Source: the human T2T-CHM13v2.0 reference genome, Homo sapiens. Taken from it: a stretch of DNA of 64,000 nucleotides. The DNA lies in assembly GCF_009914755.1 (NCBI RefSeq), contig NC_060930.1; one strand, written 5' to 3'. The position numbers and the translations under genes are program-made. This document shows positions 30,982 to 47,400 of this stretch, piece by piece. The notes beneath the pieces were generated by a model. It made no database searches and had not been told where the DNA came from. It saw nothing but the letters and a program-made list of their open reading frames with translations. How positions within the stretch are numbered: the stretch's first letter is position 1; each line of letters starts with the position of its first letter.

Positions 30982-33900
30982 GTAAGGTGGCTTCCAGTGA
31001 CAGGTTTCTGGCTGGCATGCTCCCTGGGAGGAGGATGCATGGGCTTAGAGTGATGCCAAGAAACATTTGGTCTGAAAAGGGCTCACTTTTATAGAGTTTG
31101 TCCTTTGTCTGAGGTCCTTAAGTTAGTGTTTGGCGTAGATTGCAGGCTGACTTTTGAGAGTTGGTGTAGAATTAAGCCTTGTGTGCCTTCACCTATGCAA
31201 GTAAACCTGGACAGAGGCCTAGAGACCAGGCCGAAGGATGTTAACACATCCCTGTCACAAGCAGTTTCCTACATGCTCATTGTTTCTGCTTCAATATCCC
31301 CATCACTTCTTCACTTTGGCGTCCTGCCTGGAAGTGGAGATTTGTGGGTGACAGATGGTGGGGAGTCACGAGAAAACAAATTCTGATCGTGTTCACTGAC
31401 CATTTAGGTACCTGCTGTCACTGACTCCTGAATTCATTCTCGCTGTGTGTCTACTTTTGCTTTTTTGGTAAGAAGGGCTCATTAGTGTTCCTCTGGGGAT
31501 GTGGATTTTGGTGGGGGTATCAGAGGTGAGGGAAAGGCAGGTTGGGATTAGAGAGAAAAAATGTAGATCAGTTTCTGGTAAGAGATCAAGTGGACTGATG
31601 TAAAGCTCTGGGAATGTTTAGCACCGCACTGCCTATCCTTGAGACCCCTAATATTTGAGAGCTACTTTACAGTTGGACAAGTGTGGTGATGCAAAGAAAG
31701 GATCATGGAACTTGCTCTTTTCTTTTCTGGTAGTTTTTTTCTCTCCTTTGTAATCTTCCCATCAAACCACTTTTGAAAAATATCAGTCTCAGTAGCCAAA
31801 CTAAGTATGGCCTGAGAGGTAGTGGATTTGGTGTTGGAGAGAAAGGAAAGGGACTGGAGCCAGAGAACACAGTGAATGTGGCCTTCACTTCCTTTGGTGA
31901 GTGTTTTGCCCTAGCCAGAGTTGGGAGTAGCCTTCTTATTGAAGCCTGCTTCAGGATCAGCATCGCTTCATGGTGGACTAGGATGGTTTGATCTAGAACT
32001 CTTCATTTACTGTCTGCTCTGTACCTGTCCCCCCAATCAAAGGCTTACTCCAAACAGAACAACCCAAGTCACTGTTACTAGGTCAGCTTCAGTACCTTTA
32101 GGTATTTGAAGAACTGATGATATGTAGCTGTGACTCTGTTTCTGAAGGTTGAGAACCTCCTTTTTCTGAGGACAATTCGTGCCCCCTTTCAAATTGTAAT
32201 TGTAATCACCCAAGGGTAGTGTGGTGAACACACATAACAGTTAATAGCACTGACTCTGAGCCCGGCCTAGTGGCACATACCTGTAGTCCCAGCTACTTGG
32301 GATACTGAGATGGGAGGAGCACTTGAGGCCAGGAGTTTGAGGCTGCAATGCACTATGATGGCACCTGTGAATACCCATTGTACTCCAGCCTGGGCAGCGT
32401 AGGAGATGCAGTCTCCAAGAAACAACAAAAAAAGCACTGGCAGGGTGCAGTGGCTCACTCCTGTAATTCTAGCATTTTGGGAGGCCGAGGCAGGCGGATC
32501 ACGAGGTCAAGAGATCGAGACCATCCTGGCCAACAAGGTGAAACCCCATCTCTACTAAAAATACAAAAATCGGCTGGGCGTGGTGGCATGCGCCTGTAGT
32601 CCCAGCTACTCAGGAGGCTGAGGCAGGAGAATCGCTTGAACCTGGGTGGTGGAGGTTGCAGTGAGCTGAGATTGCACCACTGCACTCCAGTCAGGTGACA
32701 GAGCAAGACTCCATCCATCTCAAGAAAAAAAGCGTCTCCAAAAAAAAAAAGTCTGTTTGACTTTGCCATTTGTAGCTCTGTGACCTTTATTAATGGCATA
32801 GCTTTGTATGCCTCAGTTTTCTTATCAATCAAATGTGGGTAGTAAGAGTATCTATCGCATAGGGTTGTTGTGAAGGTAAATTAGTTAATACATTAATATG
32901 CTTACTCAGTGCCTGACAGTAAGTTTTAGTTATACTAGTCAGATCTCAGCACTAATTTCTGTTTCATGGTTGAACCTGCTGTCTCTTTATATAGATAGCA
33001 TCTGCATTGGTTTGGGCTGCTAGCCTGATGTTAAAGAGATGAAGCAGAGCTTTTGGATAATACAGATTTTTTTGTCGTGAGAATATCCTCATTAGGCTAT
33101 TTAAGGCAATGTTAAAATGCCAGTGATTTCCTGTTTGAAGCTGTGAGGCTACACAATTATCTTTGCAGTTGAGTAATGATGATAATAATAACAATAATGG
33201 TGCTTATTGAGCACATTCTGTGCGTAGGACTGTTGTAAGGGCTTTTCATGTATTAACTAATTTAATTTTTGACTTTTTTTTTTTGAGACGAAGTCTCGTT
33301 CTTGTCGCCCAGGCCGGAGTGCAATGGTGCTCTCCTCACTGCAACCGCCGCCTCCCAGGTTGAAGTGATTCTCCTGCCTCAGCCTCCCAGGTAGCTGGGA
33401 TTACAGGTGCCCACAACCATGCCTGGCTAATTTTTGTATTTTTAGTAGAAACGGGGGTTTCACCGCATTGGTCATGCTGGTGTCAAACTCCTGACCTCAG
33501 GCGATCTGCCTACTTCTGCCTCCCAAAGTGCTAGGATTACAGGTGTGAGCCACCGTGCCTGGCCAATTAATTTAATTTTCATAATCATATGAAGTAGATA
33601 ACTTATTATCCCTGTCTTACAGATGAGAAAATGGAGGCAGAGTGGTTAAGTAATTTGCTTAAGATCACCCAGCTAGTAAGTGACAGAGCTGGTATTTGAA
33701 CCTAGGCATTCTAGCTTCAGCAGTTGAGCTTTTTTTTTCTTTAGGTTGGTATCAAGTTAACTTAAATATGCGTAGTGGCAATTTGTATTTCTTGTTTGTT
33801 TGACTATATCCTGGTTCATGTTTGTTTGTCAAGATGGTTAAATGTATATCCATATTGTAGTAGAATTTTTTTTGATTATTTAAAAAAATGTTTAGGGGCT

Positions 33901-36647
33901 GAGTTTTTCATCACAACCCTCTCCTTCCTCTCAGAAATAGTAACTGGTGCATGGGCTGTGGTGAGGGAGCCTGCTGTGCCATGTCAGTCAAATCTGGGCT
34001 GTCTTCATGATTCAACTTGGTGATGTGATGCAACCTTGGGCCTGGGTTGAATGGACAGACTGACATTAGAATCTACACTGAGCACACCTTAAAGGGGTGT
34101 GTGTGTGTTTAATGTAGATGTACGTATAAGGCTCATTTCTGACTTTGATTACTGACATGAGCAGTTGATTAGCCGTAGTAAATATTAAATTCATAGTCTG
34201 GATATAATTTTTAAAAAATAGCAAGACATCACCCCCCCCCCAAAAAAAAACTTAACAGTCAATGTCTTTCCTGAATAAAATTAATAAAATTTGAAACAAT
34301 AAATAATAAAAATAGGAAGTAGCAAACTACACAGAAAAAAAAAAAAAGAAGTGGCATTTTAAATAGCTTCGTCCCCTCAGCTGAATGGGAAAATAGAAAA
34401 CAAATGTGCTGCTGAAGCCTATGTTGTTTGAAGAAGGCCCTGGCAGCGGTGCTCAGTCTCTCCCTTTAGCCAGGCAGGAGGCCCAGTGTAGCCTTGAGGT
34501 AGAGGTGTGCCCAAGGTTTCATTGACTGGCTTTCCTTTGCCCTGTATTTAAGACTCACTCTCCTCCTCCTTCTGAGTCATGTCCTGTCTATTTAACACAC
34601 CTTCAGGGCCCTTCTTTTTCTTCAACAAATGACTCTCTACCCTGCCATTGAAGTAGGCATGTGTCTGCCATCTAATTAGATTTCAGGGGAATTGCGGGCT
34701 CAGGACTTTGGGCTTTCCCTGGGAACTCTGCACTGGCCCTCTGATGACCTTTCCTATTTGTTTGGCACATGTGATTTTGAGAAGCAGACGGTATCTGTCA
34801 GACGTATCGCTCCCCACTTCATGAACTTGGGAGCCATATATCTTAGGATAGTGTATTTTATCTTGCATTGCGTGGCAGTCAGCGTGCTGAAACGTGTTAT
34901 CTCTAAAGAGTATACCTTTGTACTTTGGTAGACGTCCTCAAATTTTCTGGATTCGGGTCACATTTTAGTAAACTATGGAGTTGCAAGGTGAAGGATGATG
35001 GATTTTGAGCTGATTCTTCCCCTTTATTGTTTTCTTTGTTGTGTAAATCAATTCTCAGGGTGCCCCTTATTCAGATATTTATGAAGCCAATCCCTTCACT
35101 TCCTTCTCACCACCATATTTTGAATGCCAACGACCTCTGGGTGAAGGAACCTTCATTTCTCACCTGGATTCAGGCTCTTAAATAGCTCTCCAAACTGACC
35201 TCATTCTAGCCTCTAGATCTTTGCATACACTGGTGCTACTCCTTTGCCTACCTTTTTGTCCTTCAGGTCTCAGTTTAAACGTCACTTCCTTTAGTATCTC
35301 ACCCCTGCCCCCTTGAGTGCCCTTCTTCTGTGCTTCTGTCCGATACTTATGCTGTGTCATAATTGCCTGTTTACTTGTCTGATTCTCATAAGACTAAGTG
35401 CCCTGAGAACAGAGACTATGTCTTATTCACTACTGTGTTTGTAGCATTTAGGACAGTGCTGGGCCTTAATAGGTGCTTTATGATGCCGTGGTGCATGTAG
35501 AATGAATAAAATGTGGTCAGCAGTCTCTTCTCACACCAGTCTATCTTCCATGGTGCTGTCAAAATTATTTGCCTATAAAATAGTCTTCCTGGCTGGGCGT
35601 GGTGGCTCACGCCTGTAATCCCAGCACTTTGGGAGGCTGAGGTAGGTGAATCACGAGATCAGGAGTTCGAGACCAGCCTGATGAACATGATGAAACCCTG
35701 TCTCTACTAAAAATACAAAAATTAGTTGGGCGTGGTGGTGCGTACCTGCAATCCCAGCTACTCAGGAGGTTGAGGCAGGAGAATCACTTGAACCCAGGAG
35801 GTGGAGGTTTCAGTGAACCAAGATCGTGCCATTGCACTCCAAACTGGGCAACAGAGCAAGACTCCATCTCAATAAAAAAAAAAAAAAAGTCTTCCCTTAG
35901 AAATGCCATGGGTTCTTCCTTACTTAAGTTAAAGCCCACACTGTCTGGCTTGGCATGCCAAAAGGCTCCTTATACTGGGGTCCAGACCCAGACCATTAGC
36001 CTGAGTTGCTGCTATTCCACCTCATCTGTCCTGTGCTTCATTGCTCCCAAATTTCTCACTGCTCCCAAACCTATCATGGGCATCCATTTAGTTTCATCTT
36101 CTTTGCCCATGTACTTCACTCAGTCCATAATGCTCACCTCTGCCTCTGAAACTGCCCATCCCCTAAGACCCAGCTCCTTTGTCACCTCCAGTGAGAAGCC
36201 TCCGCTGCTTTTCTTTCCTCCTCTTGGTCCCCTGCAGCACTTTCTTTGAACCTCTGTTTTGGCACTTACCATGTTGTTTGGTGAGGGCTCTGTTTACTTG
36301 TCTGTTTCTTTCACTGGGCTGATCTCCTGTAGACAGGGGACTTTGCAGAACATGTGGTGGAGAGGAGTCGGTGGGAATGGTAATGAATAGTGTGAAAGAA
36401 TCTGATTGTGGAGCTAGGCAGACCTGGTTTAAATCCTAATTCTGCCACTCACCACCTGTGCAACTTTGGGCAAGTTCCTTAACCAGTAGGATTCTTGGTC
36501 TCATCTTGGTCTCTAAAATGAGGTTGGCTGGGTGTAGTAGCTCACTCCTGAAATCCCAGCACTTTGGAAGGCTGAGGCAGGAGGATCACTTGAGGCCAAG
36601 AGTTTGAAGCCAGACTGACTGAGCAACATAATGAGACTTTGTCTCTA

Positions 36648-37098
<451 letters not shown>

Positions 37099-37101
37099 TC
37101 A

Positions 37102-37206
<105 letters not shown>

Positions 37207-37332
37207 TCAAAAAAATATATAAATAAATAAAGGACACTTGGTAAATATTTGTTGAATGAATAAATTTCCCATTTTGGAGCTCTGCAAATAGGAAAAGGCT
37301 TTGTTCTATTAAATCTAAAATAAGCCTTTTGA

Positions 37333-37870
<538 letters not shown>

Positions 37871-39077
37871 TAATTAAGGCTGGGGATAGACAGAAAGCTG
37901 CTCACAGTGGATGACTGGATGGAGAGTTTCAATATCCATGTTTCCCCATATTTTATGGATTGAAAAATGGGTGAATCTGATGGAACACATCCAGGCATTG
38001 AGGAAGCCAGACTTCTTGGCCCCACTTTTCTTAGGGCTTTAATGGTCTTCCTGTGCCACAGAACAGGCTTAACTTGGATGCTTCCCACAAGTGGGGCTGA
38101 TAGCTGCATCATGATCCATTCTTTGCTTTTTTGTTTCTAGTGTAGTTGATGGGGGTAGTCCTTAGAGCCCCAATTGCTAACAAACACCAAATGAATTTCT
38201 TTCCAGAATTAAGTGTATAATGCCAGGGATACTCCAGTGCGAGTTTACAATCAGATGAGGAAGATATGTCTGAGTTCTCTGGATGGCAGCCTTGTCTGGT
38301 CCTTAAACCCTTGTCCCAGCTAGGTACCTCTCCTCTGTGCTCTCAAAGCACTCAACCACACTGTACTGGAAGTGACTGTTAACCTGTCTCTCTCCCACTA
38401 GGAGTAAGATCTTCTGTCTCTGAAGCTTCTTAGGGGCAAGCTTTTTTACTGAAGGCCAAGCATTTAGGCACTATAGAGTAAGTGCTGAGCAATGTTGGTT
38501 ACTGTGTGACCCAACTCAGTCCTTCCTCAGTGGGATTAAAGAAGATGGAATCTATCTGGCAAAACCTTTTGCACCCTCAGGAAGGAAGGTCCTGCATAAA
38601 CAAAAGGTGATAGTGTTAACAATAGCATTACTAATTATTTTCCAGGATTGCATTCATGTGGTTAAATCATCTTCCAGGTGCTTGGCTTCAGCTGTCTCCC
38701 TTTTAGCCTTTTTATGTTTTTTTTTTTTTTCTTTTTTTGAGACAGAGTCTTGCTCTGTTGCTCAGGGTGGAGTGCAGTGGCGCGATCTTGGCTCACTGCA
38801 ACCTCCGCCTCCTGGGTTCAAGCAATGCTCAGCCTCCCGAGTAGCTGGGACTACAGGCATGTGCCACCACGCGCAGCTAACTTTTGTATTTTTAGTAGAG
38901 ACGGGGTTTCGCCATTTTGGCCAGGCTAGTCTGGAACTCCTGACCTCAGGTGATCCGCCCACCTCGGTCTCCCAAAGTGCAGGGATTACAGACGTGAACC
39001 ACCATGCTCGGCCAGACGGTTTATGTTCTAATAACACATCCCTAAGCAATCAGAAAGGGGGTTAAAGGAGGAGGTGA

Positions 39078-39408
<331 letters not shown>

Positions 39409-40579
39409 TAGCTATTTTTTTTTGCCTAATTAGCATCCCTAGAAAGGTCTTTGGCTGCTGGCTGCTCCTTTGTAATTCTCTATGCTGCCCTTTCTATTGC
39501 CCACTGTAACCTGCTTGCTTTTCTGGTCCTATCTCTAGTCCCATCTAGGCGTACTCAGTGCTCACAGCCAGAGCTTAATACAACCTTGTTAATGCCCAGA
39601 TAAATCAAAAGGATGAAACCAATAGCTAAAAATGGACTGAAGGAGTTTTCCCTGGGTTCTCTCCCTTGTCCCTGGGTGTGAGAATGTGCATTGCGTTGTG
39701 GCATATCTTTGCAGATGGCAACTTGCGGGAAGTAATAAACTGCGTTTTATGTTAAGCAGAGAGGGGGTTGAGTGAGCCAGCCAGACTGGATTGTGTTGGA
39801 TATCTTAGGCTTCAAGGGGACTAAGTCTCCTTGACTGGTCCTGAGTAGAAGGGTGGGACCTCTTCTTTGTTAGTTACTATCTTGTGCCAATTGTGTGCTA
39901 GGTGACATTTAGAATTTATAAAGGACATGGCCCCTCTTTGTGAGAAGCTTCTGTGCTGTGGTGGGGAACTCAATACCATCCCTTGAGAGGAGGATCCGCC
40001 TACGGAGAAGCCATCCTAGACCCCAAAACCCTGGACTTCTACTCAGCTAACCAATAGGATAAAACTCTGCTTATCATTTTGGGTACCAAGCGGTGGTTGG
40101 CCTCTTTATACCTTCACAGGTAGCCCAAGTAGGGAACTGAATCTCAGAAGTCTTTGAGGGTCTTGATATTAGGGCAGAATTGTCCTGGTATTCCTGTGGC
40201 TTCCTGGAAAAGAGCTTTCCAGGCTTTGCACTGGTATTGGAGACAGGGGAACTGGGTTATGTCCCACTTCTGCTTGTGGTCTTGGGCAAATCACTTGTGC
40301 TTTCTGACCCTCACAATGGGAGAGCTCCCTATTCTTTGTGCCTCACTGGACCATAAGCATCAAAGGAAATATCATGGAAGGGAAAGAGCTTCTGGGATGA
40401 TAAAGCACAGTGTAGATGCAGGGTTTTTGTCTGTTTGCCTAGGAACTGTTGGTTTCACCATAAACATACATCCCTTGTGTAAAATGCTAACCATACAGAA
40501 AAGTATACAAAATAAAAAGTAAGAAGATCCTCCCTTTCTTCTCCCATTGTTCCTGCCTAACTTGTTTCCCCAAAGATAG

Positions 40580-41005
<426 letters not shown>

Positions 41006-44000
41006 TAAGTGACCAAGGAGTGGAATGGTCCCTGTTGGAGCCGCTGAGGAGCCTGGTTACAGCCTCCTTCCCAGTCGAGTGAGTTCCTCTGGGGCTGGCT
41101 CCCTGGGAGGGATGGAGAAGTTTTACTAGAGGGTCTTGCCACAGCAGGCACCCTGGCTGTCTCTGAGGGACATTTTTTTATTCTGAGATGAAATTGGCAG
41201 GAGTGTCCTTGAGTGGGAATCAGGATGGATATAACAGCGATGTGGGCATTGGCACTCCCATCTCACCTGTGTCTCTCCCCTTCACTCATTTCATTTTTGC
41301 CTTGGAAAAGAGAAAAATTATCTGATTTCTCAAATCCTATATTAGTGCAGTGAGAGTCCCTGATTTCTGAAACCTTGAATTAGCCATGTCACTTGCTGCT
41401 CTTTTAAAAGCACACCAGACCCAGTTGGTGTTTTTGTTTTCTTGTGGGTGAGGATTCTGAAGGTCACCTGTCAGTGGCTGTGCTCAGTCTAGAGCAGGGG
41501 TCAGGGCCTGTCGGAAGAGTTGTTGTCTTTTTTTTCTAGACAGTTGTCTCATCTTCATAGTCAGGCCTTGGCCTATTTGAGCTCTTGGGCTGTAGTCAGA
41601 GCAACATGGGGAGCCCAGTGTGTAGGCAATTATTGGAAGTGTTTCCTGTCTGCGTGAATCTTGATCCTAGGCTTGGGAAAAGGCCAGGCCCACCTCTGTG
41701 GCCAGGGTGGTGACTCTTCCCTTTTTGCCCTGAGTCATCAGAGAGCCTGCAGGGCTTCCTAGAACAGGAGAGAGGACCCCTCTCTTGTCTTTTCCCTGCC
41801 AACATCTTACCCTCTGCTAAGCATCAGTGGGTGTGGATATATGTGTTGCAGTCCTGTCCTCCCGCCCCAGGGGACACATCTTGTGGGGTCTCTGGAATGC
41901 CACTGCTTTTGCCTCATTTGCCTTGCAGTCTGTGAGCTAGAGGTGTCACTTCCCCCAGGGTGGTCTGGAGGCTTCATGGAAGAGTTGTTTCTGCCGTTGA
42001 TGGGAGAGCTTCTTGCTCTGTTGCTCGTGTTGCTTGTTCTGAGAGGGGAGAATAGTCCCTGTTGCTCCTCTGGGGCTGGTTCCCTGGGAAGTGCCACCCC
42101 TGGCCAGGCGGCAGTGTGCAGCCCGTGCTGTTGACTGGCCCAGCTGTAGGCCAGGCACACACTGCCCCATTGTACTGTGCTTTCCGACGCAGCCCTTGTC
42201 ATAGCCTCTAATCCTTGGGCTGCTTCTCTCCCAGCCCCTCAGAGCCTGTGGGAGGTGGTGGGATGGACTCTGCTGGCACTGGTGCGGGATGGGTTGCAGC
42301 TGCAGCTGTGGGTGGCTTTGTTCTTACAGCCTAGCTTTCAGAGTCCTGGTGCAGCCTGGCAGCAGTGTTTGGGGAACAGGCGAGATAGAGGAGCTGAGCC
42401 CCTTCTCCAACAGCCGTCCTCTCTTTCTGTTGACCAACCAGAGAGGCTTTTTGCCTGAGGTCAGCAAGCTGGCCTCCCTGGTTGGCAGGGGGAGTGCTTG
42501 GCTTCCATCTGGCATGGTTTCCGGATGGGAGAAAGCCCCTGAGGGTCTGGTGGTAAGTCTGCGATGCTTCCCATCAGGAGAGTGCAGTGTGCAGTGTGTC
42601 CCCTTGGGCATCCTGCAGCTTGCCATTCCTCTGCTTTCTCTCTGCAGCTCCGGAGTTGGGCTGCTCACAAACCAAGCTGTCTGTTTATATGGAGTGCCTG
42701 GAGGGCATCTGCCATGAGTCTGTCGCTAACTGCACTAACCAGGAGAGCTGGCTGGTTGGGGAGAAGACACTAACCCTGTGAGTCTGACCTCAGCCAGCTA
42801 ACCTGCCCTGGGGTGCCACCAGCAGGGCCTCTGTCCTCCATCCTTCCCCGCAGCCTGGCTGCCTCCCTCCTTAGCTTATATCACGCCATCTCCTCTGCTC
42901 TCTTGTTCTTACTACTGCGTCCCTCTATTTTCCCAGTCTCCCTTTGCTGTGGGTGGGGATGTGCCCCCTTCACGGCCACCTGCCCATCACCAGCCTGCTG
43001 CTGGGCTCCACTGACCACCCCCCACCGTCACCCTTCCCCGAGTCAGCAGCGTGCTCTTCACTTCTCCCTTCATACAGAATTGGTTCGAGTTTCTGTTGAA
43101 TCTGTGCTTTTAGCACAGAGTTTGAGAAGATCCCTCAATTACCATGCTGCTGCTGCTTCTCATGCCTCAGAGACAGATGAACTAGAGTGGGAAGGGACTT
43201 TTCTCCTAGATCAGATCATTTCCTCCCTTTATCAAGAAGGGAAGGTTGGATAGTGTCCCTGTTACTCTCACCCTAGGATAAGAAGTTAGGATCAGCTGCA
43301 AGGTTCTCTTTAGGATTGGGGAGGTAGAGGAAAACCTTGACCTGGTTCTGGGGAATTCCCTGGGCAGAAAAGTGAAGCTACTTAAACTGAATGCTGGGGC
43401 CCCAAACCAGGGACCCATGTGAGATGTCACTCCCATTGGTGACCGTTGCTCTGGGAGGTGAAGTTTGTCCCCCCCACCTCTTTTCACATCCGGAGTTTCT
43501 GGTGGACTTTAGCCATGAAAAGCTGGGAAGGGTGCCTCAGTAGAGTGGGGGCAGGACCTGGCTTCGGATTCCACACTGGGCTCAGAAAAAGTCCTGGCCT
43601 CAGACTGGGAGATGGGTGCGTGCAGCCTGGCTTGGAGAAGCTCCCACGCAGTCCCTTCTCCCTCCAGGCTTGGGAAGGAGAGGCGGGTCTGGAGATCATG
43701 AGAAAGTTGATTGCCTGTTGTTTCCTGGTGTTCCACACAGGTCACTCTAGATAGACTGTGGCTTCGGCTTCCGGAGGCAGTGTGGTGCTAGGGAGGCTGG
43801 ACAGGGGGAGCTTGAGAACAGAAGGCTGCCTAAGTGGATTCTGTTCCCCTTGGGCTGGGTGAGAGAAGGCAGCAGCCTACCAGCACTGGGTGGGAGCTTG
43901 TAAATGGGAGAGGGTGTGTTATGGGCCCGGAGCGAGGAGGATAGCACTCCTGAGCGGGATGATGATTTCTCGGAGGTTGATAGATTAAGAGACCAAAGTT

Positions 44001-44021
44001 GGTGGGGGATATCCATGTTGA

Positions 44022-44486
<465 letters not shown>

Positions 44487-47400
44487 TAAGGAATAAACAA
44501 TACCTATTTATATGCATGTGGATTGAGCTTATAATGTATTATATATGAGTGTACTATGTACAAATAAACATTTATAGTACTATATATTATTCATGGGGAC
44601 TAGCAGTAATGCAGAGATGTTTAGGGACCCCAAATGGGGAGTTAACAAGCTGGAGGCTTTCTTGACTTGGCTCTGACCAGGAAAGCAAAAGGGCCTGGAG
44701 TTGAGGCCTGGTTGAGGGCCGGTCCTTCACTTTGGCCTTTCTTAGGAGAGGGCATGGGGTCTAATGTCAAATGCAGGCTATGACCTTGGGGATTTCTTGC
44801 CCTCTTTTTTTGCAGGGAGGGGTTGGTTTGCCTGGCTCTTTAGCCCCTTGTTCCTGTGAAGTGTTTGTCTGGATGTGAGGCCAGGTGGATAGACTTGGAA
44901 GTGTTTGCTCATGTGGGAGCCAGATGAGCTCTCACAGGTCACCAGCACTGTTCTGAGTCCTCAGGATTGCTTTGGGGCAGAATAATTCCCACTCTTTTTG
45001 GCTTTCAAAACCCTGTCAATCTGTTTGGTTTAGAGTAGGCAGGGGGCCAGGTCAGGGCTGCAGGCAACTTGTCCCAAGAGGGTGAGGTTGTACTTGCCCA
45101 GAGGGGTGGCGGGCATAGCTGTTGGAGGGGCAGCAGGGCTGGTCTGGGCACAGACTGACATCTTCTAGCCTTGTCTTCAGCCCAGAGCAGAACCTCTGCC
45201 CAGTCCCCACCCTATGAGCTGTTGGCTGCCTGCCTGCCACGCGCCCGGGATTGCTGAAGGCTTTACTCATGTATCTCAGGAACAGCTGCATGCCGGAAAC
45301 TGGGGGCTGGTGGCAAGCAGGAGGGGTACCCCGGAGACGATGTGGGCGAGGCCGAACCCAGTTTTGGTGGGATCAGCCCACTGCTCTGGGGGACTGCTAT
45401 TCATGGGGAGTCAGTGGGAGAGGGGCTGTATTAATGGTGCAAGGAGTGGGGATCTTCATGAGCAATCCCCAGGACCAAGGCCAGGTCACCTGGTTCCAGG
45501 GCTTACGCTTGCAGGGTGACCATTTGTGTTCCTTAGACATCAGTTGGGGGCAGAGACTGGATTTCAGAGGCTTGAGAAGCGGCCAGACTTGTGTGGCGGG
45601 AGTGTAGCTGACCCCCACTGGGGCACAGCTTCCCACAGGCTTGCAGACTTCAGAGACTCCACATCCAGCACTTACAGCTCAGGACAGTTCCTGAGGGGGA
45701 GGCCCCAGTCCCTGTGTGATCAGACATTTGTGTTTTAGTGGTTGATGAGGGGCTTTAGGAAGGGCTTGTATTTATTATTATTTATTTATACCCTGCTGGG
45801 TTCCAAGGGAATTAAGGTGGCATACAACACAGCTGGTGTATTCTGAAACGGCTGGGTGTTCCTTTCATTTTAAAAGCAGTAGCGATTACTAACTTCCGTT
45901 TGACTTTGCTTGGTTGAATTATGAAGAAGAGCTTGGATGATTTTCATGGTAATGTGTGGGCCCTTCCTGATTCAGAAGGTTGTGTTCATTGACTCCTTAA
46001 GGTCTCTCACTTGCTTGATTCATTGACAGCTGAGAGCAGAAAGGCTTCGTAGTAGGTTCAGAAATTATCTGAACCCAGATAAACTGATGGGGCCACAATT
46101 ACCTGAAGTAGGTATTGGTGATGTGGAGAGTAGGGAGGTAGTTGCTCTCTAGGGCAAGCTAGCTGCTCCAGGATCAGGAGAGTTGTGGAGTGAGGTAGTA
46201 GTGCAGAACGTGGGGAGCTGGAGATGTTTGGTGGGGAAGGCTGAAGTTGGAAAAGCCAAAGAACCATATCCAGTCTGGATTCCTGTCTCCCTCTCCTGGG
46301 CTGGTGTTGAAGGGATGGCCTCAGCCTCAGCTGGGAGAAGGATGGATGCTTGAACCTCCTTTCCTCTTCTGCATCTCTGACTTTGCCTGAGCTTTAGGCA
46401 GAACCCCGGAAAGGATGGCAGAAGGGAAGTGGGACGGCATCTTTGGCTCTTGGGCTGGAAACTTTTTGCTGTTGCTCCTATGGGTGCTTGCTGGGAACGG
46501 TAAGATAGTATATTGGGGAGCAGCAGGATTCTGAAGAGATTTCTCTCTCATACCACTCTGTCTCTAGCAACAGCAATCTTCCACCACGGTGGAAGCCCCT
46601 GATCAAATATGCGTACCCACAAAAGGGAGCAGGTATAAGTCCCACCTCCTGGTTAAAGAGTGATGCTTGGCAAATTTTTTTCCTTTTATTAAAGGACACT
46701 GCTCAGCCAGCTTCTGGTACAGATCATGCCTTACACCTATTCTGTCTACACTCTGCTCAGCTGTTCAGAGGGTTCACAGTGCAGCTCTGCTGTGCGTGCC
46801 GAGTCCCATTTCTAATGAAAGTAGACTTTGTTCTCTGAAGGCAGCTAATCATGCCCCATGGGCTGTAATCAGGGAGAAGGTATTTAATACAGGGCAGGCG
46901 GCAACAGGCGGCCTGCACCGACTGGCAAATTGCAACATGGCAATTAGGAAGCTATCACCCCTCTCTCCACCCCAGCAGATATGAAGTAGAGTCTTTCCTT
47001 TGAACTGATTTTTGAGTAAGCAAAGAATGAATGCTATGCAGAGCATGGCAGAAGCTGGGGTTGGATGGGGTAGGATGCAGCAGGGGCAGGGAGGGTTGAG
47101 GAGAGTCCCTTTTCCTTCTCACTTCACCTTCATGGGATGGGGAAGGGTTGCTGCTACTCTGGGTGTCTCCCTCAACACTGCCTGCAGGTCCAGCCCAAGA
47201 AGCCCCAGGCCACGCTAGGTCAGCGAGAGGTTTTAACCTAGGCCTCAACCTTTCTCCCAGGGCATAGCTGTTCTTACAGAACAGACCCAGCACGTTATCT
47301 GGTAGTCCAACATCCTGAGTCATCTGCCCTCAGTTCCTCAAGGCTTAGGTTTAGTTTGGGGTGGGGGTGGGAGTGGGATTCTTCCTTGTTGATTTCCTTT

